Counted from the first letter of the whole stretch, positions 1 to 12,913 are shown. The stretch: DNA of 63,848 nt, filler included, from Licmophora abbreviata (GCA_900291995.1; 8 parts of 8 records of this genome joined end to end with filler, not necessarily neighbours in it); one strand, 5' to 3'. The notes: generated from the letters alone by a model not told the origin. Translations and numbers: made by a program.

Positions 1-6
1 TGGACC

Positions 7-1398
7 TCAGCGGAAACCGCCGCCGTAACTGTATGGGGGCGAGTGAGGCCAGTGGGATCGATCGCCGCCTTGTTGTCCGCTTCGAAACTGCTGCTGCTGC
101 TGCTCGAAAAGAAGAGCCAGCTGTTGAGCTTCGTAGGAATTGCCGTGTTGCCACTGTGCCATCGTGTTTCCGGAAAATGCATTGTAGCCAGAGCTGTCGG
201 CTGCCGTTGGCAATCCTCCCGAGAAGTGTCGAGGCAGTGCGGAGCCTGCAGTGGCTTGTTGTGGCATGGTCCCCCAAGGCTGATTCGCCAGTACTCTATC
301 GCGGAGTCCCAGAGACGCGCTATGCTGTGCGTGCCCAGCATGTGCGATCATTGACAGATTATGCGATGGAAGGTCCTGATACGAGGCCGCACCAGAATGC
401 ATGTTGGCTTGCGGAAGACTTGTCGGTGCTGGAATTGAGCCAGCTGATTGACGGTCGAAATAAGAACCCAAGCGATGCTGCTCTATGAGAGGATACGATT
501 GGTGCCCTACCAGAGGTTCGCCACGATGAGATCCAATCGGTAGATGCTGCATCGGCGGCTGCCCCCGAGGCCTATCGTGGGAGCCAGCACTGAGCCCGCC
601 TGGTGTGTGGTTGAGGCTGCCCAACAAAGTTGAATGATGTCGATAGCCAGTTTCGGAGGCTCCTTGTAGCGAGGGTAGCATGGCGGCCACCGTGGGATAT
701 CCTTGTGGTATTGCTGACAGTGGTGCCACGAAAATGGTCTCTTTCTTCTTTCCGCCGCTCATTCCCCGGCAAAGCTCCGGAAAATCTCGATGAAAGAGTC
801 TGTGGTGGTAGGCATAGATTTCGTATCTTGGTGCTTTCGGGCCAGTGATACGACGGAAGCCCCATCGATTCAGCTTGCGAAGGAAGCTGTCAAACTTCTC
901 GCTGAAGTGGGTCTTCAAGATCGTTTTCCTAAAGAGAGCAGGGTCTATCGCAAATGCATCTCCATCAAGCATCCAACACATTTCGGCCCGAGTGTTTGGG
1001 TCGTTCAGTAACACCATAAGCTTCTGAGGAAAGTTAAGTTTGCTTTGTCGCAATAATGTGGCAGGCGAGTAAGGGATCGGTGACTGGATCATAGGCATAG
1101 ACTGAGCAGATAGTAATGGTGCTGCTGGATGACGGTTCATGGCGAATGCCGAATGCCCGTCAGCGGAGAGATTTTGGCCCCGAGAAAGATCTTCTCGCCC
1201 ATTATTCTCAGGATTATTAGTAGTGATACCCTCCTTCTCTTGTTTCTGCTCGCTCGATCTTTCTTCAGCGTCTCGGTCAGTAGTTTCCTGTTCGGCAGCT
1301 GAAGTTCGATTTGGCGGGCTGTCAGTGGATGAGCTCGATGGCACGAACTTATTCTCTTCCCCATCGGCCACATCGGGTTTCGACACCCCATTCTTCAT
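7..1398 (-). CDS. Heat shock factor (HSF-type DNA-binding domain) transcription factor
   Basis: 463-aa ORF with FPQKLMVLL...W...F...SFLRKLNRWGFRR...YHHRLFHRDFPELC HSF-DBD signature and a Q/S/G-rich low-complexity tail. Confidence 0.9.
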   Translation of the reverse strand: MKNGVSKPDVADGEENKFVPSSSSTDSPPNRTSAAEQETTDRDAEERSSEQKQEKEGITTNNPENNGREDLSRGQNLSADGHSAFAMNRHPAAPLLSAQSMPMIQSPIPYSPATLLRQSKLNFPQKLMVLLNDPNTRAEMCWMLDGDAFAIDPALFRKTILKTHFSEKFDSFLRKLNRWGFRRITGPKAPRYEIYAYHHRLFHRDFPELCRGMSGGKKKETIFVAPLSAIPQGYPTVAAMLPSLQGASETGYRHHSTLLGSLNHTPGGLSAGSHDRPRGQPPMQHLPIGSHRGEPLVGHQSYPLIEQHRLGSYFDRQSAGSIPAPTSLPQANMHSGAASYQDLPSHNLSMIAHAGHAQHSASLGLRDRVLANQPWGTMPQQATAGSALPRHFSGGLPTAADSSGYNAFSGNTMAQWQHGNSYEAQQLALLFEQQQQQFRSGQQGGDRSHWPHSPPYSYGGGFR

Positions 1399-1978
1399 TG
1401 TAAGAGATACCCCCCGTACCGTGTAGTTTTCACTGGTCGAAGACGCCCCCGGGTCCTATCCTCGCATGCTGTGCATCAACTAGACTATTGCAAACTTGAA
1501 CTGGCTTGGGTTGATGTGGTCGGAATGAAGGCATGTGCGGAGCGAATGCGATGACCTCCTCGTGCATCATATGAATTAAGCTTCGTTATGTGGTGGTCGT
1601 GCGAGTTTGACATTTCTGTGCATATGTGCTTGTCATGCATTTATACACTGAACTGTGTGTCTGTGTCACTCATCTTCAAAGTGTACTCTCCTACTTTTTT
1701 AAAGTGTATCATACAGTGCTCTTTAAACCTATTTAGAAACACTTAAGTAATCATTGAGGTGGAAAAAATCATTTCGCCGAACCTCCGAGAAGTCAATCCG
1801 AAGTCGTTCGAGTTCCGGATTCCCAAATCGACCATCTCGCGAGAAGTGAAAAGACAAAAAAAAAGTCTATTACACAAAAAGCAATCGCGACTCGACTCTC
1901 ATCGATCCTCTTGGTCGGTCGATCAATTCTCTTTTCACGTTCCTTCGAGGTTCATTCCTCGCCTTGATTCATCATTGG

Positions 1979-4900
1979 ATGGAGAAACAAAAGATCTGTG
2001 ATTCACCAGCACGCGTGCTGTCCGCAGCGTTCCTCGAGAGACACAAGAACAAGGTGCGTTTCAGTCGACCCAATGTTGATGCGTTGCTACCCTGTCATTT
2101 CTCTCCAGTACAACTCTACGCAGATCCTACGTGAAATTTGGAACTTAATTTTGGCGCGCCCGAATTCAGTACAAGAGTTGCGTAGAATTCAACGGGATTC
2201 TCACGAAATCTGCATCTTGTCTCTCTTCCGTCTCTTCAGAAGGACTTACTTCGTCGGCTTCGTGTCGTCGTCGAAGCTCTCTCCGATGACGATACTGAAG
2301 CGCATTCGTCCTTTTTCCCTGGACTGGATGGTCTGGCAGCAGCTCTGGTCGAAGATCGCATTCTGAACCATCGAGACAAGGAGGTTCGGCTACACACTGT
2401 GCTGGCGTGCATGGAGATCTTTGACTTGTACGTCCCAGATCCGCCGTGGGACGAGAAGGAAATCCTAAAGATCTTCTCTCAACTGATTCGCCAGCTGGCG
2501 AACTTGGCGCACTGCACTTCTCCAGCTCAGGCAAACTATGAGCAGTACTTCAGATTGCTGCAGAAGCTGTCCGATGTCAAGATTGGAGTCGTCGTGGTGG
2601 AAATGACACGGACGCTGGATTCAGGATCATCGCCAAGCCAAAACTCCGATGATCCTTCTCGCGAAGAAGCTCTCGAGGTGCTGGCAGATCTCATTCGAAC
2701 TATTCTTCACTGTGTTCACATTGACCACCCTGTCGAGGTCACGAACCACGCTGTTGCCGCCATAAGCGCTTGCATTGAAGAGTTTGAAGGCACCGTCCCA
2801 ACCGCATTACTTGACGAGCTTTTGATTGCAATCAGCGCTGGACCTACCATATTTGTCACCAACCCTGAAGCAGTCGAAGCCGCCGCCAAGTCTGCTGCAG
2901 CCAAGAAGAGGGGACAAAAGCTGGACGACAAGATGCCTCCAATGCAGATTCAGCAGACGAACCCTTCTTACATGGTCGCGGCGAATGTCGTTCGTCGAAC
3001 AGCCGATCGTATATCGACTGTTGTTGCCTCGTATCTCAACAGTATCCTCAACGGCGACCCAAATGTCTTGGCTGAGACAAACATTTCTTCTGAGGAGAAT
3101 CCGCCACCCGCATCCTCGGCCGGTCACTTCAGTGCACCAGAGAAGCAAGCGACTGCCGACATTTGGGCTATTATCTACGAGCTTCATCGAATCTCGCCGC
3201 AGATTCTCACTACTGTCATTGGCACCGTCACGCACTCTCTACAGTCACCCACTCTCCAGAAGCGCCTTCGCGTCACCAAGCTGCTCGGTAAACTCTTCTA
3301 TGCCCCATCATCTCAGATCGGCGTGCAATTCAGTCCTTGCTTCCGGGAGTGGCTCGGCCGTTGCAATGACATTGACCATAAAGTTCGACTCACCATGGTT
3401 AAGTGTCTGGTGGCGATTCTCTCGCAGAAAGGTACCGAGCCGACTCTGGCTAAAGATGCCGCCGCAGCGCTTGTCAAGCTGATGGAGGGAGATCCCAATT
3501 TGGACGTGCGCCTACAAGCGATTCACCAAGTTTGTGATTTAGCCTACAAGTCGAACGACGAAACTGCATGGGTCCCTGCTCGCCTGGTACAGGCCGTCGG
3601 AAGTCGAGTTAGTTCGAAGAACAAGGTAGAGCGCCGGGACGCGCTGACTGGGCTAGCCCAGCTTTACAATCGGCACTTCGTCCACGAGAAGCTCAAGCAG
3701 GTGCAGAGTGGCGGAGACGACTGTGACATTGGAGTGATTCTAGATGTGCTGCGTGACACGTGTCACCCGACAAGTTTTGACGGCCGTGGATCCACGAAGA
3801 AGAAGCGCCGCAGCTTTGGAGACGACGAAGGCGGAGACATGGCAAGCATCGACGACGACGAAAAGTACGCATGGATCCCCCGAAAGGTGTTCGAGAGTGT
3901 TTACTTTTCGGATTCGAGTGATACTTCTATGCGAAACCGTGTTGTGCAGATTGTAGATGATGTTCTTCTTGGTGCCATGAACGAAAAGGAGAGCCATAAG
4001 AAAGAGATCCTGACGCCTACCAGCCGCGCCGTCGGTTTGGCATTCATCGTCGATTCGCTTCGTGGCGAAGGCGGTGATTCGAATGCTGTCAGCAACGCGT
4101 ACAAGTTCATGTGCTCTCTCTTTGCTCAACGGGCCAGTCTACAGCGTGCGGTTGGAAGCTACATTGATGCAAGAGCGAAGATTCGAAAGTGTGATCCTGG
4201 TGAGTCTCCTATTGTGCAGAGTCTACTAGAGTTGTTCTTGCTATGCGTTACTCATATTTTCTTTCGGCCGTGTTTCAAGGAACGGAAGAGGCCCTCACCG
4301 CAGAAGCGGATGCTATGGAGAAATTGGAGTTGATGGCATCGCGTTCTGCTCCGCTTTCCAAGTCGGGGTCGTCTCTAGGAGATATCCGCCATGTCCTTGA
4401 GAAGCTCCACGGAGCCCGTGACAAGCACATCTTTCGAATCCTCGCGACCATATCTTCTCCTACTCATTCTGCGTCTGCTCGTACTCGCGCGTTTGACGAG
4501 CTTCCGAAGCGTACAAAGTCACTCGGAGAGCAGACGTCAACGTGGGTGAAGATGCTGGCTAGGCGCTGCGCAATGGGCAACTTCGTCAATGTCGAAACCA
4601 TCGACCATTGCATTCTGCTTGCACAAGAATGCTTTCGAGAAGGGGACATTCCCGCCTGCATGTCATTTCTAGCATGTGTCAAGATGACGGCCGACGTATT
4701 CCCGGCTGTTTGTGGCAGCAAGAACGGATTTGGCAACCTAATTGAGCTCTTTAGCGAATGTCAGCGCACGACCTCCAACAGTAGGAGAAAGCGAGTTGAA
4801 GAGAACGAGCTCGTCACGGTTCTTAGCTCTACTTTATCGTCAGTCGCTCCCGCAAGGAGCGGGAATGGAAGGGTACGCCGTGCATGGCTGCTTTTGCGCG

Positions 4901-7762
4901 AGTCCCTCGTAAGGAATGAATGTTACTCACTATGAAATTGTTCTTGAACCCTACGTCGCAGGATGCCATTGACGATAGTCTTAAAGTGCAACTGCTCAAT
5001 CTCTGCACTAGGGATGGCTCGCCCGAGCAGGCACGACATGCCGTCTACACAATGGCTGCGCTCGTGGATCCGTCGTCCCGCACTTCAGCTGGACCATCCC
5101 TGTCGCCCAAGGAGCAGAGCGAAGGTTTCGGTCAGCTCTTGAGGGCACTAACGGCACCGTCCCGCATGGTTCTTGAGCCAGCCGGTCAGGAGGACGGGAA
5201 GGTCGTCGGTGTACTTACTGCGCTTGCAGCACTTTCCGAGTCGGCCCCGGCTCTCTTTACCCACGTTGCGTGTGGGTCACTTGGAAACCGAGGCGAGAGA
5301 GCGATCAAATTCGCTCTAGAGACGTGCTTGCTTGGACGTCGATCATCTTCGGGGGACGACGCAGATTCGGAAAGCGGTAGCGACAACGAGGACATCGCTA
5401 CTGAGAGTCTTGACGAAGCAGAAAGCACCCCTACTTCAAAATCGCGCCGTCACAAAAGTCGGAAAAGCAAGAGCTCATTTGAACACAAGAGTCCATTTGG
5501 AGCTACGAGCGCAGTGGAAGATGAGACGTTGTCTTTTGTCTGTCGCCGGAACTGTGCGGCAATCGAGTTTCTTGTTTCTCATACCCGTCACTCAATCATG
5601 GGTAAGATGCCTCCACCTGACGCTCACATCAATCAGCTCTTCAGTGTGCTGAGCCAGATCCTTCGAGACAAAGGTCTCCCGCCGTCGAGCCGCGATCGCA
5701 GTAATTGCAAGTCTCGCCAAGATCGCGCTGCTCTGCGTCAGTGTGCTGCGACGAATGTGCTACGATTGTGTGATGGGCGGCTGAAGCTCGAAGAGAAACA
5801 TCTTACCTCGTCCAAGTGGCACATCATTGCCGGGGCGTGCTTGGACGAAGAAAAGGCTGTTCGTGAGGTGATCATGGACGAGCTTGCCATGATTATGCGT
5901 GGGCACGGCAAGTATGGCGGAGATGTGGGCGGCGGACCCGCTTCTGCTCCAAGCCTCAGGCTGGTGGCAATGCTATGTTTGTGTACAGATGGAGATCAAA
6001 TTGCTGCTCATTCGAACGCTAACGGGAAAGCGGCACTCGTGGGAAAACGCACCCAGGTCATCAAGAACGCGGCGATGCATTGCGTTGCGAATCTTCGAAA
6101 GACATCAGATGGCGCTCTTGCCCAATGTCGCGCTGTCGGCCGAGAGGCGGAGCAATTCTTTGACACACAGCTAAAGCCGAAACTTATGCCGGAGTACTAT
6201 GTGCCCTTTGCACTTCATCTGCTTGCGTTTCGTCAGGAAACACCTTCCTCTGGAGGTTCATCGGTTCCGGCCTGACTCAAGTTGTACCGTCACAGGAGGA
6301 CACCGAACTCAAGAGTAGTAAATTGACAGCCGTTGATGAAGAGAGCCAACACAAAGTACTTCGGAAACGTTTGAAGTGGTTGTTTGAACCGCTCGTTCTT
6401 AGTCTGGGCGACGGGGCCGACAACATATCCTTCTTACTTCGCATGACCGAACTGCTTGGTAATCACTATCGACCTTGCCAAGTGAACTCCGATGCAATTC
6501 ACGTCGATCACCCAAAGTCCCCAGACGCTCTTTCGATGGGCAGTCGAAATTCCCTGGATGAAGCTCCGTCCGATGCCCGCAGCTCAGCAGTTTCTGCTGC
6601 AAAGCTCAAGACCATCTGCGCTGTCGCTCGAGAGGTTCTCCTCTCGTTTGTGAAAAAGGATGTCAACCTCACTCCGTATCCTGGTGCGATTCTTGTCCCT
6701 TCGACACTGTTTGTTCGCTCACAGAACCCGCTTGAGAAGACCTCCAGTCAGTCGTCCGCTTCGTCTGCTCGGGCTTCTCTATCGTCGTTAGGGTCTAGGA
6801 GGCCAACCGAAAGTCGTATGGAGTCTGGCAGCATTCTTCGCGGCCGACAAGCTGTTACTGGTCGCGATTCGCTCGGCTCTGCTGGAACCGGACAAAGCCT
6901 TGGAAGCTCTTCAAGGCCTCGAAGCAGTCAGGGCTCAGGATCGACTGAGGAGAAAGGCCGCGTCCATTTCTCCCCTGAAATTGTGACCGCTCGGCATGGT
7001 CGCGCCAAGCGCAAGGCGATGCCAGACCCCTCGCCTGATGACGATGGCGACTCTCACTTTGGTGGTCTGTCTCCGATCGGCCCATCTGACTCCCCACTCC
7101 CAGCTCGTCGACGGGGACGGGCTGCCGCGGAAAGTCCAAGTGAAAGTAGCGAAGCGAAAACCATGGGCAAGACACCTCCCTCCATTCTTCGAACGGTCCC
7201 GAACGACGACGGATCGACGGATGGCGAAATAGGTTTGTCGGCTTCATCTGCTCCGTCTGCCAGTCCGAAGAAGCGGTCGCGATCCCGTCATACTCGACTG
7301 CAGTCCGACGAAGATGCCAGCAAAGGTGACGATAGCTTGACAACCTCCGAGACACAAGATACGGACAACCGCGCCGAGGACGAAGCATCCCCTCACAAGA
7401 AGCGGAAGACGAGTGTTCAGGGCGACAAGAAGGACAAGAAGAACAAGAAGAAGAAGACGCCATCGAGGTCGTCGGGCCTTGTCCAGGTTGAGATGGGCTC
7501 CTTGACCTCCAAGGGGCGCCGTGGGACGTCCAAGCGCTCAGGCAGTCAAAGGGCCGAGAGCAAACAGCTTGACGAATTTGATTTTGTCGAAGAAAGCCAG
7601 AACGAAAAGGAGAATAGCTCGGTTGGACGACGCTCCAATGGGAAAAGCAAGAAACCAGCTGCTATGAAACCAAAGTCAGCTGGAAAGCACGGCTCCAATC
7701 CTAGCCGAAAAGGACGTGCCCAGACAAAGTCGACGCTCCGTCGAAGCAGCCGTCGCGCTTGA
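1979..7762 (+). CDS. PDS5: Sister chromatid cohesion protein PDS5 (HEAT repeats), multi-exon
   Basis: Inferred exons 1979-2053, 2240-4199, 4280-4872, 4962-7762 (GT-AG introns; frame break near 6260-6295). Motifs HRDKEVRLHTVLACMEIFDLYVPDPPW, RLRVTKLLGKLF, MPEYYVPFALHLLA, NISFLLRMTELL; K/R/S-rich tail. Confidence 0.85.
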
Positions 7763-7835
7763 ATATGATTTGTGAAAAGATCTCAATGTTTTAGGAAGAG
7801 TACGATAGTCTAGTTCAATTTGAAATTGCAGGCAC

Positions 7836-8873
7836 TTATTTCTTTCTCGTGGTTCCAACCTTCGTAGCTTTCTTATAGCCCTTCTTCTGCAACACTCCTA
7901 GCGCCTGGTCGCTAAAGGGCCCCTGCAGCTCCAAGACACCGTTTACAAGCGTACCGCCCACGCCGAACGAGCTTTTCATTTGCTTGAGCAGTTTCTTTCG
8001 ATCGTCCATTGGCGAAGTCATGCCGCTATACAATCGCAGCGTTCCCAGAATGAGTTGAAGGTCAACACATCGTCACATCATTGTTGTTAGTGATGGCACT
8101 CCAGTATCATGATGCGCAGTCAAAATATAGCCATACACGTACCGTATTATTGTCACCGTCTTGCTCCCGCGTTTCGCCTCAAGCACTTGAATGTCTTCAT
8201 TCTCAGGGACCGATATCCGATACACCTGAGTACTGTCCACACTGCCGCTACCCGTCCGCTGTCGCTCCTGTTTGCTCAAGCTGCCCGTCTTGGAACCAGT
8301 GGTGCCATTGCCGGATACAGCTTTTCGTTTCGAAGGTACTCCCAGTCTCGATGATTGGGGCGCTTGCTCCTTGCGATGGTCCTTCAATACTCCGTCTGAA
8401 GATATGGACGCTGACAAGTTCGGATTGATGGTGAATTTCTTGGTTTTGTTGCTTGTCGGCGGCCTGTTCTTGGATTGCAAACTCATCGGCGGAGCGGTGT
8501 CGTTGTCGCCCTTTTCCGCAGCGAAGAGGAGAAACGATGACACAGTCTGTCTCCTGCTTGTAGTCGTCGGTGTATGAGATCTCCATTGATTGGGACGTCG
8601 CGTAGCAACGGATCCTTGACCACAACGAACGAATGCGGTGGCGTCATCTCGAATGCGATGCGCCACGACGACGATGGCATCCTCCGGCGAAGACAGAGTC
8701 AAGAGCACTGCGATTTTCATTACGGAACGCCTCCAGCCAAGCAAATCGTGGGTCCGTTGTTTCCGTCGCGTCTCAAACATGGTAGTACGCGTCGTCAAAA
8801 GGATGCTGATAGGGATGATGATGACAATGTAAGTTGAAAGTGATGTCGACCAGAGTGTTCTAATAGCATTCAT
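7836..8873 (-). CDS. SUI1/eIF1 (YciH-like) translation initiation factor domain protein with long N-terminal extension
   Basis: Spliced across intron 8026-8142: KRGSKTVTIIRG...KKLLKQMKSSFGVGGTLVNGVLELQG; start codon uncertain. Confidence 0.8.
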
Positions 8874-9047
8874 TGAATTGACGCGCGGACATTCGCGCGA
8901 TCGGCCGTGTGATGGAACGCCATAACAGTTTCAAACTTGCACGATGGCCACATCAAAGACTAATCATTGCGATAAATACAGAGGGGATTACCTCAAAGGA
9001 CAGCTCGAGCTTAAGATGATGCTCTGATACAAATTACTACAAGGTGC

Positions 9048-10601
9048 CTAGTCCAATCTAAGCGTCCAATCGAATGGCTTCCATTTCGCGACAAAGTCGA
9101 GCACCAGCTTTCGCTCTTGATCGGCAGACTGCACCTGCTTTCTACGAAAGCGAATCGGTTCCAAATCTAGCATGCCCGCCAGCGTATCTTGCGCGAGTTC
9201 TTTTGGAAAGGATGACGTTTCAATCATTTGAGCATAACCTCGATTCGCCTCCCACTCGACGTAAAAGTAGGGGAACGTTTTGGGAATCGTCCGCCGCAGA
9301 CCCTTGTCGCGTGTCGACAGCAACTTGGTATGCGTCCCCCACTCTTCCGCTTGTTCCGCCAGTGCAGTCTTGAAGAACCTGAAAATACAGAGAGAGAGAC
9401 GAATCACACAAATGCAGACGGATGAGAATGAGTCTAGCGTACGGGTACAAACAACATGAAAGCACAGTCGCAAGCATGCATCTTCGAGACGCGACGGCGA
9501 CACATCAACGGGTACATACATTTGGACATCCTCCGTGCCCCTACCGGGGACTGCAATGCACTCCATGCGAGTTTGCCACAGTCCCTTGCTGGACGGCAGC
9601 ACTGTTTCCGTAAATATGACGCGCTTTCCTTCCTTCGCATACATGTCTCTCAACGACTGTTGGAATCGTTGTAGTTCCGTCCAAACGTCATCTTCGCACG
9701 CCACCAAGGAATCTGCATGTGCAATCGGAACCAAGTATAACAAATCTCCGGCAGTCTGCAAGGACAGATGAGCAGGCGCCATGACCAACGAGACGTGATT
9801 CCCCAATGCGACCAACATGTGTTTTCGAAAGGACGTCGAGTCCATCCACCACGAGCAACGCGATGTAATGGACTGTTCCTTATCGTGCCGCGCGACCTGT
9901 CGCGATCGTTCCTTTTGCTGTCGCGCATGTGTCGTGAGACGCTGCGACTGAAACATGTTCATATCGACTGCATCTTCTTCATCAGCTCCAGTCGCAGAAG
10001 ACTGTTTCAAGTCAGTTCCCTTGTAGCGCGATCCGACGCGCGCAATGTTACGAGCAAAGACTTCGTCCATGGACTGCGGGTCGGTGTGCTCTTCCCGAAT
10101 CATATCCTGCACGCTCATCTCCGCGTGTGCTGTAAGAGTGCCGGCGGCGTCCGCATAGGAAGGCTTCAGTTTTCCTTTTCGGGACCCCAGACGGAAGTCT
10201 TCGGGTCGATAGTCTGGACGGGAAGGATCGCCAGCATCCGCCGTCAGGACGAAGACGTTGTTCTGGCTATCCGTGCGCTCGCCTGATGCGGCGTGATGCT
10301 GTTCGCTAGCGATGCGACCTTCCTGTTGCAGGCGTGCGAACGGTAGTATTGTCTCTGACAGCTGCGAAGGAGATTTCGTCGTCGTGGTGGTTGTCGTGGA
10401 TGGAGCTTTTCCGGAAGCCAATTGACTTCGAAGCTGTTCTGCTACGGATAGATTGTCCTTGTCTACTCGTTGTGGCGATGGGAATGCTGCTGCATCATGA
10501 GCAGCGGCCGCAGCTAATTTGGATCTGCTGCTGCTTTCCACAGGAGGCTGGTCGGTTGCCCTGCGCTTCTTCTTTTTGCCGGTCCGGATTCCAGATAACA
10601 T
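9048..10601 (-). CDS. CWF19L2: CWF19-like protein 2 (CwfJ C-terminal domains), spliceosome associated
   Basis: CSWW...KHMLVALG, LVPIAH, EDDVWTELQRF, FKTALAEQAEEWGTH, GLRRTIPKTFPYFYVEW, WKPFDWT; in-frame 141-nt intron 9379-9519. Confidence 0.88.
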   Translation of the reverse strand: MLSGIRTGKKKKRRATDQPPVESSSRSKLAAAAAHDAAAFPSPQRVDKDNLSVAEQLRSQLASGKAPSTTTTTTTKSPSQLSETILPFARLQQEGRIASEQHHAASGERTDSQNNVFVLTADAGDPSRPDYRPEDFRLGSRKGKLKPSYADAAGTLTAHAEMSVQDMIREEHTDPQSMDEVFARNIARVGSRYKGTDLKQSSATGADEEDAVDMNMFQSQRLTTHARQQKERSRQVARHDKEQSITSRCSWWMDSTSFRKHMLVALGNHVSLVMAPAHLSLQTAGDLLYLVPIAHADSLVACEDDVWTELQRFQQSLRDMYAKEGKRVIFTETVLPSSKGLWQTRMECIAVPGRGTEDVQMYVPVDVSPSRLEDACLRLCFHVVCTRTLDSFSSVCICVIRLSLCIFRFFKTALAEQAEEWGTHTKLLSTRDKGLRRTIPKTFPYFYVEWEANRGYAQMIETSSFPKELAQDTLAGMLDLEPIRFRRKQVQSADQERKLVLDFVAKWKPFDWTLRLD

Positions 10602-10935
10602 TGCAATGGAGAGTCTTACGATCGTTGCGCCAATGATCCAGAACAGGTGTCGTAGACCTGCCCCGTGAATGATGGAGAGAGCGTGTGTGCGTGATTGATG
10701 GTTTGAGGCGTCATGGTGGACACAGACGGGGGTCGGCGTCGAGAGGTGCGCGAATGAAATGAGTGAGTCGAACTACTCGATCTAGTCAAATCAATCAAGT
10801 CATTGATGAGTCGAATCGAATCAATCGAAAGACGAGACTAGAGATCTCAGACAATGTGATTGTAGATCGACCATCCGTCTTTCATCAGGCACAGTTTATG
10901 TACCACAGCTCGTCATTCCAACAAGCAACAAGAAA

Positions 10936-12413
10936 ATGTCACAATTTGCACCGAGCGATGAGCACCTACGAGCCCAGTACCTCAAGAGGGAGAAGACGTT
11001 TGTTGCTGCCTGTGAAAAAGACCAGAACGATGTCCGGGAAGCACTGGAAAGAGAGCGCAGATTCATGGTGGAGTGGCATCGCTTGAGCACCAATCATTAC
11101 TTGGCGGATGAGCCTGGACCAGCCGTTGTGCTGTTTATTGATTCAGTGGAACAGTACAAGAGTGGCAAGAGATTCTTTCCCTGGGATCGGGACGTGAACC
11201 AGTTGACAATTTACGGGCAGATTTGGGACTATTTCATGTTCATGTAAGCTGTCTTCGCTTATTGTCTTTCCACCACCGTCGCACTCTCTGTCCCCATGAC
11301 GAAATACGCACGCGCCTATATTTTCTCCCTTGCCTTGTTTCTCGTAGGTGGAATCGTACAAAACCGTATAAAGTTGTGGCCTTGATCATCCTCCTGACCA
11401 CAGTCAGTCCGATACAAACATTTCTTCTCGGCTACATTTCCAATCAGATCAAAGAGGATCCTGCAGGAACTCCGATTTGGCTCTACTTGTCTCCATTCTT
11501 CCTCAAAGCGGCAACGGAGTTTATCTACTGGTGGTATGAGATGTGGGTACCTCTCAATAGCCAGCGATACCAACTTCGGTGTATTTTACTCACGCAACGC
11601 GTCGGCCTGCCCGAGAATCACCCCCTCGCTCGTCGATGGACCGCGGGACGTTTCAATGGCCTTCTCAAGGACGTGGACGAGCTCGTGAATGGTGTATGGA
11701 AGGGATGTCTTGAAATTATCGAGATGGTTGTGACGGTGTGTTGGACCTTGGCGCTGTGTATGGCCAACGTTGCGGCCGATTTGGGAGTGGGCACCGATCT
11801 GGAAGATTTAACGGGGGCGGACTATGGTATTTACGTCACAGTCTTCCTAATGTTGGGAATCATTGTCTTGGCTCTGCCCTTCTTTTGGTTTCGACTCTTC
11901 ATGACGAAATTGTCCGAATGCGAAACCATGGTACAGGAAGGCCAGGCAATGTATCTCTCTGCTTCCACGCAAGCTGTCGCCGCGGGAGATGCGAATGTCG
12001 CCGAACGACCGCGAAGGTCAAACGGGGTCGATCCATCTACCACTATCGAGGCTGGAGTGGAAAATGAAAGCATAACAGAGACGGGCAGACGAGCCTTTCG
12101 CGTTTTTGGATTTACGACGTTTCGCTCTTTCTTTTTCCGGCACGCATGGACGACAAACTACAACCTGCTAACCACTCTTTGGGGGCCCTTTGTCGCATAT
12201 GGATTACTGACACAGAGAGAATTCGGGTCGCAGTCCATCACATCCACAATCATCATCCTGCAATCCCTCAAAGTACTCACGGACATCTCCGCGAGAATCT
12301 TGTCGCTTCTGGCCGTGATGGCAAAAGGCTGCCGCGTCCTGCTTGATGTGGCGGAGCTCTTGAATATCGACATGGCGAATTTAGATGGAAGCAAACAAGA
12401 AACGACATCATGA
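10936..12413 (+). CDS. Multi-pass membrane protein resembling an ABC transporter transmembrane domain, no NBD
   Basis: Exons 10936-11243 and 11348-12413 join in frame (GT-AG); about 6 hydrophobic segments; no Walker A/LSGGQ motifs. Confidence 0.55.
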
Positions 12414-12913
12414 CACATACTTCAGACTGGAAAAGCCACAAGCAGATAACTGACGACTTCTTTGTATAGGCTGGACGACGCTCTAGATCGGAAGCCGACG
12501 GGGTTCCCTACATTGAGATTCGATAGAGGCAATGTGAGTATCGGTAATACTCAACCCTCGAACACTGGTGAAAAGGCATGGCTCCCTGTGTCTCGCGTAT
12601 GTCCTCGCTTCAGGAAGTCTCAGAACGTCGTCGATCTAGCCGATGTAGTCTACAAAATACTAGTACGTCGCAAAGACTTCTCTGACTGTTGATGCTTACT
12701 CGTGACTCATCATGACTTCACAGCTCATGACTGAAGTTTGGCGCGCCTGTGACGCACGACGGCAAGCTCATAGCCTCTTTATCTTCGTTGAAGTCGACCT
12801 TCGATGATGGCCACATCGCGATCTGTTCGATCGGATCGCGGCGGCACACCACAGTTTTGGTTCGGATCTGCTCTTCTGTTCACACTAACGTAGGGATCTT
12901 TCCCCTGTCTACC

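Noticed and set aside
1835..1844. TCTCGCGAGA palindrome in the HSF/PDS5 divergent promoter
   Set aside because: Single occurrence; known as a vertebrate motif, with no support for a role here
6273..6275. TGA in PDS5 as selenocysteine or readthrough
   Set aside because: The downstream coding sequence is in a different frame, so readthrough does not restore the protein
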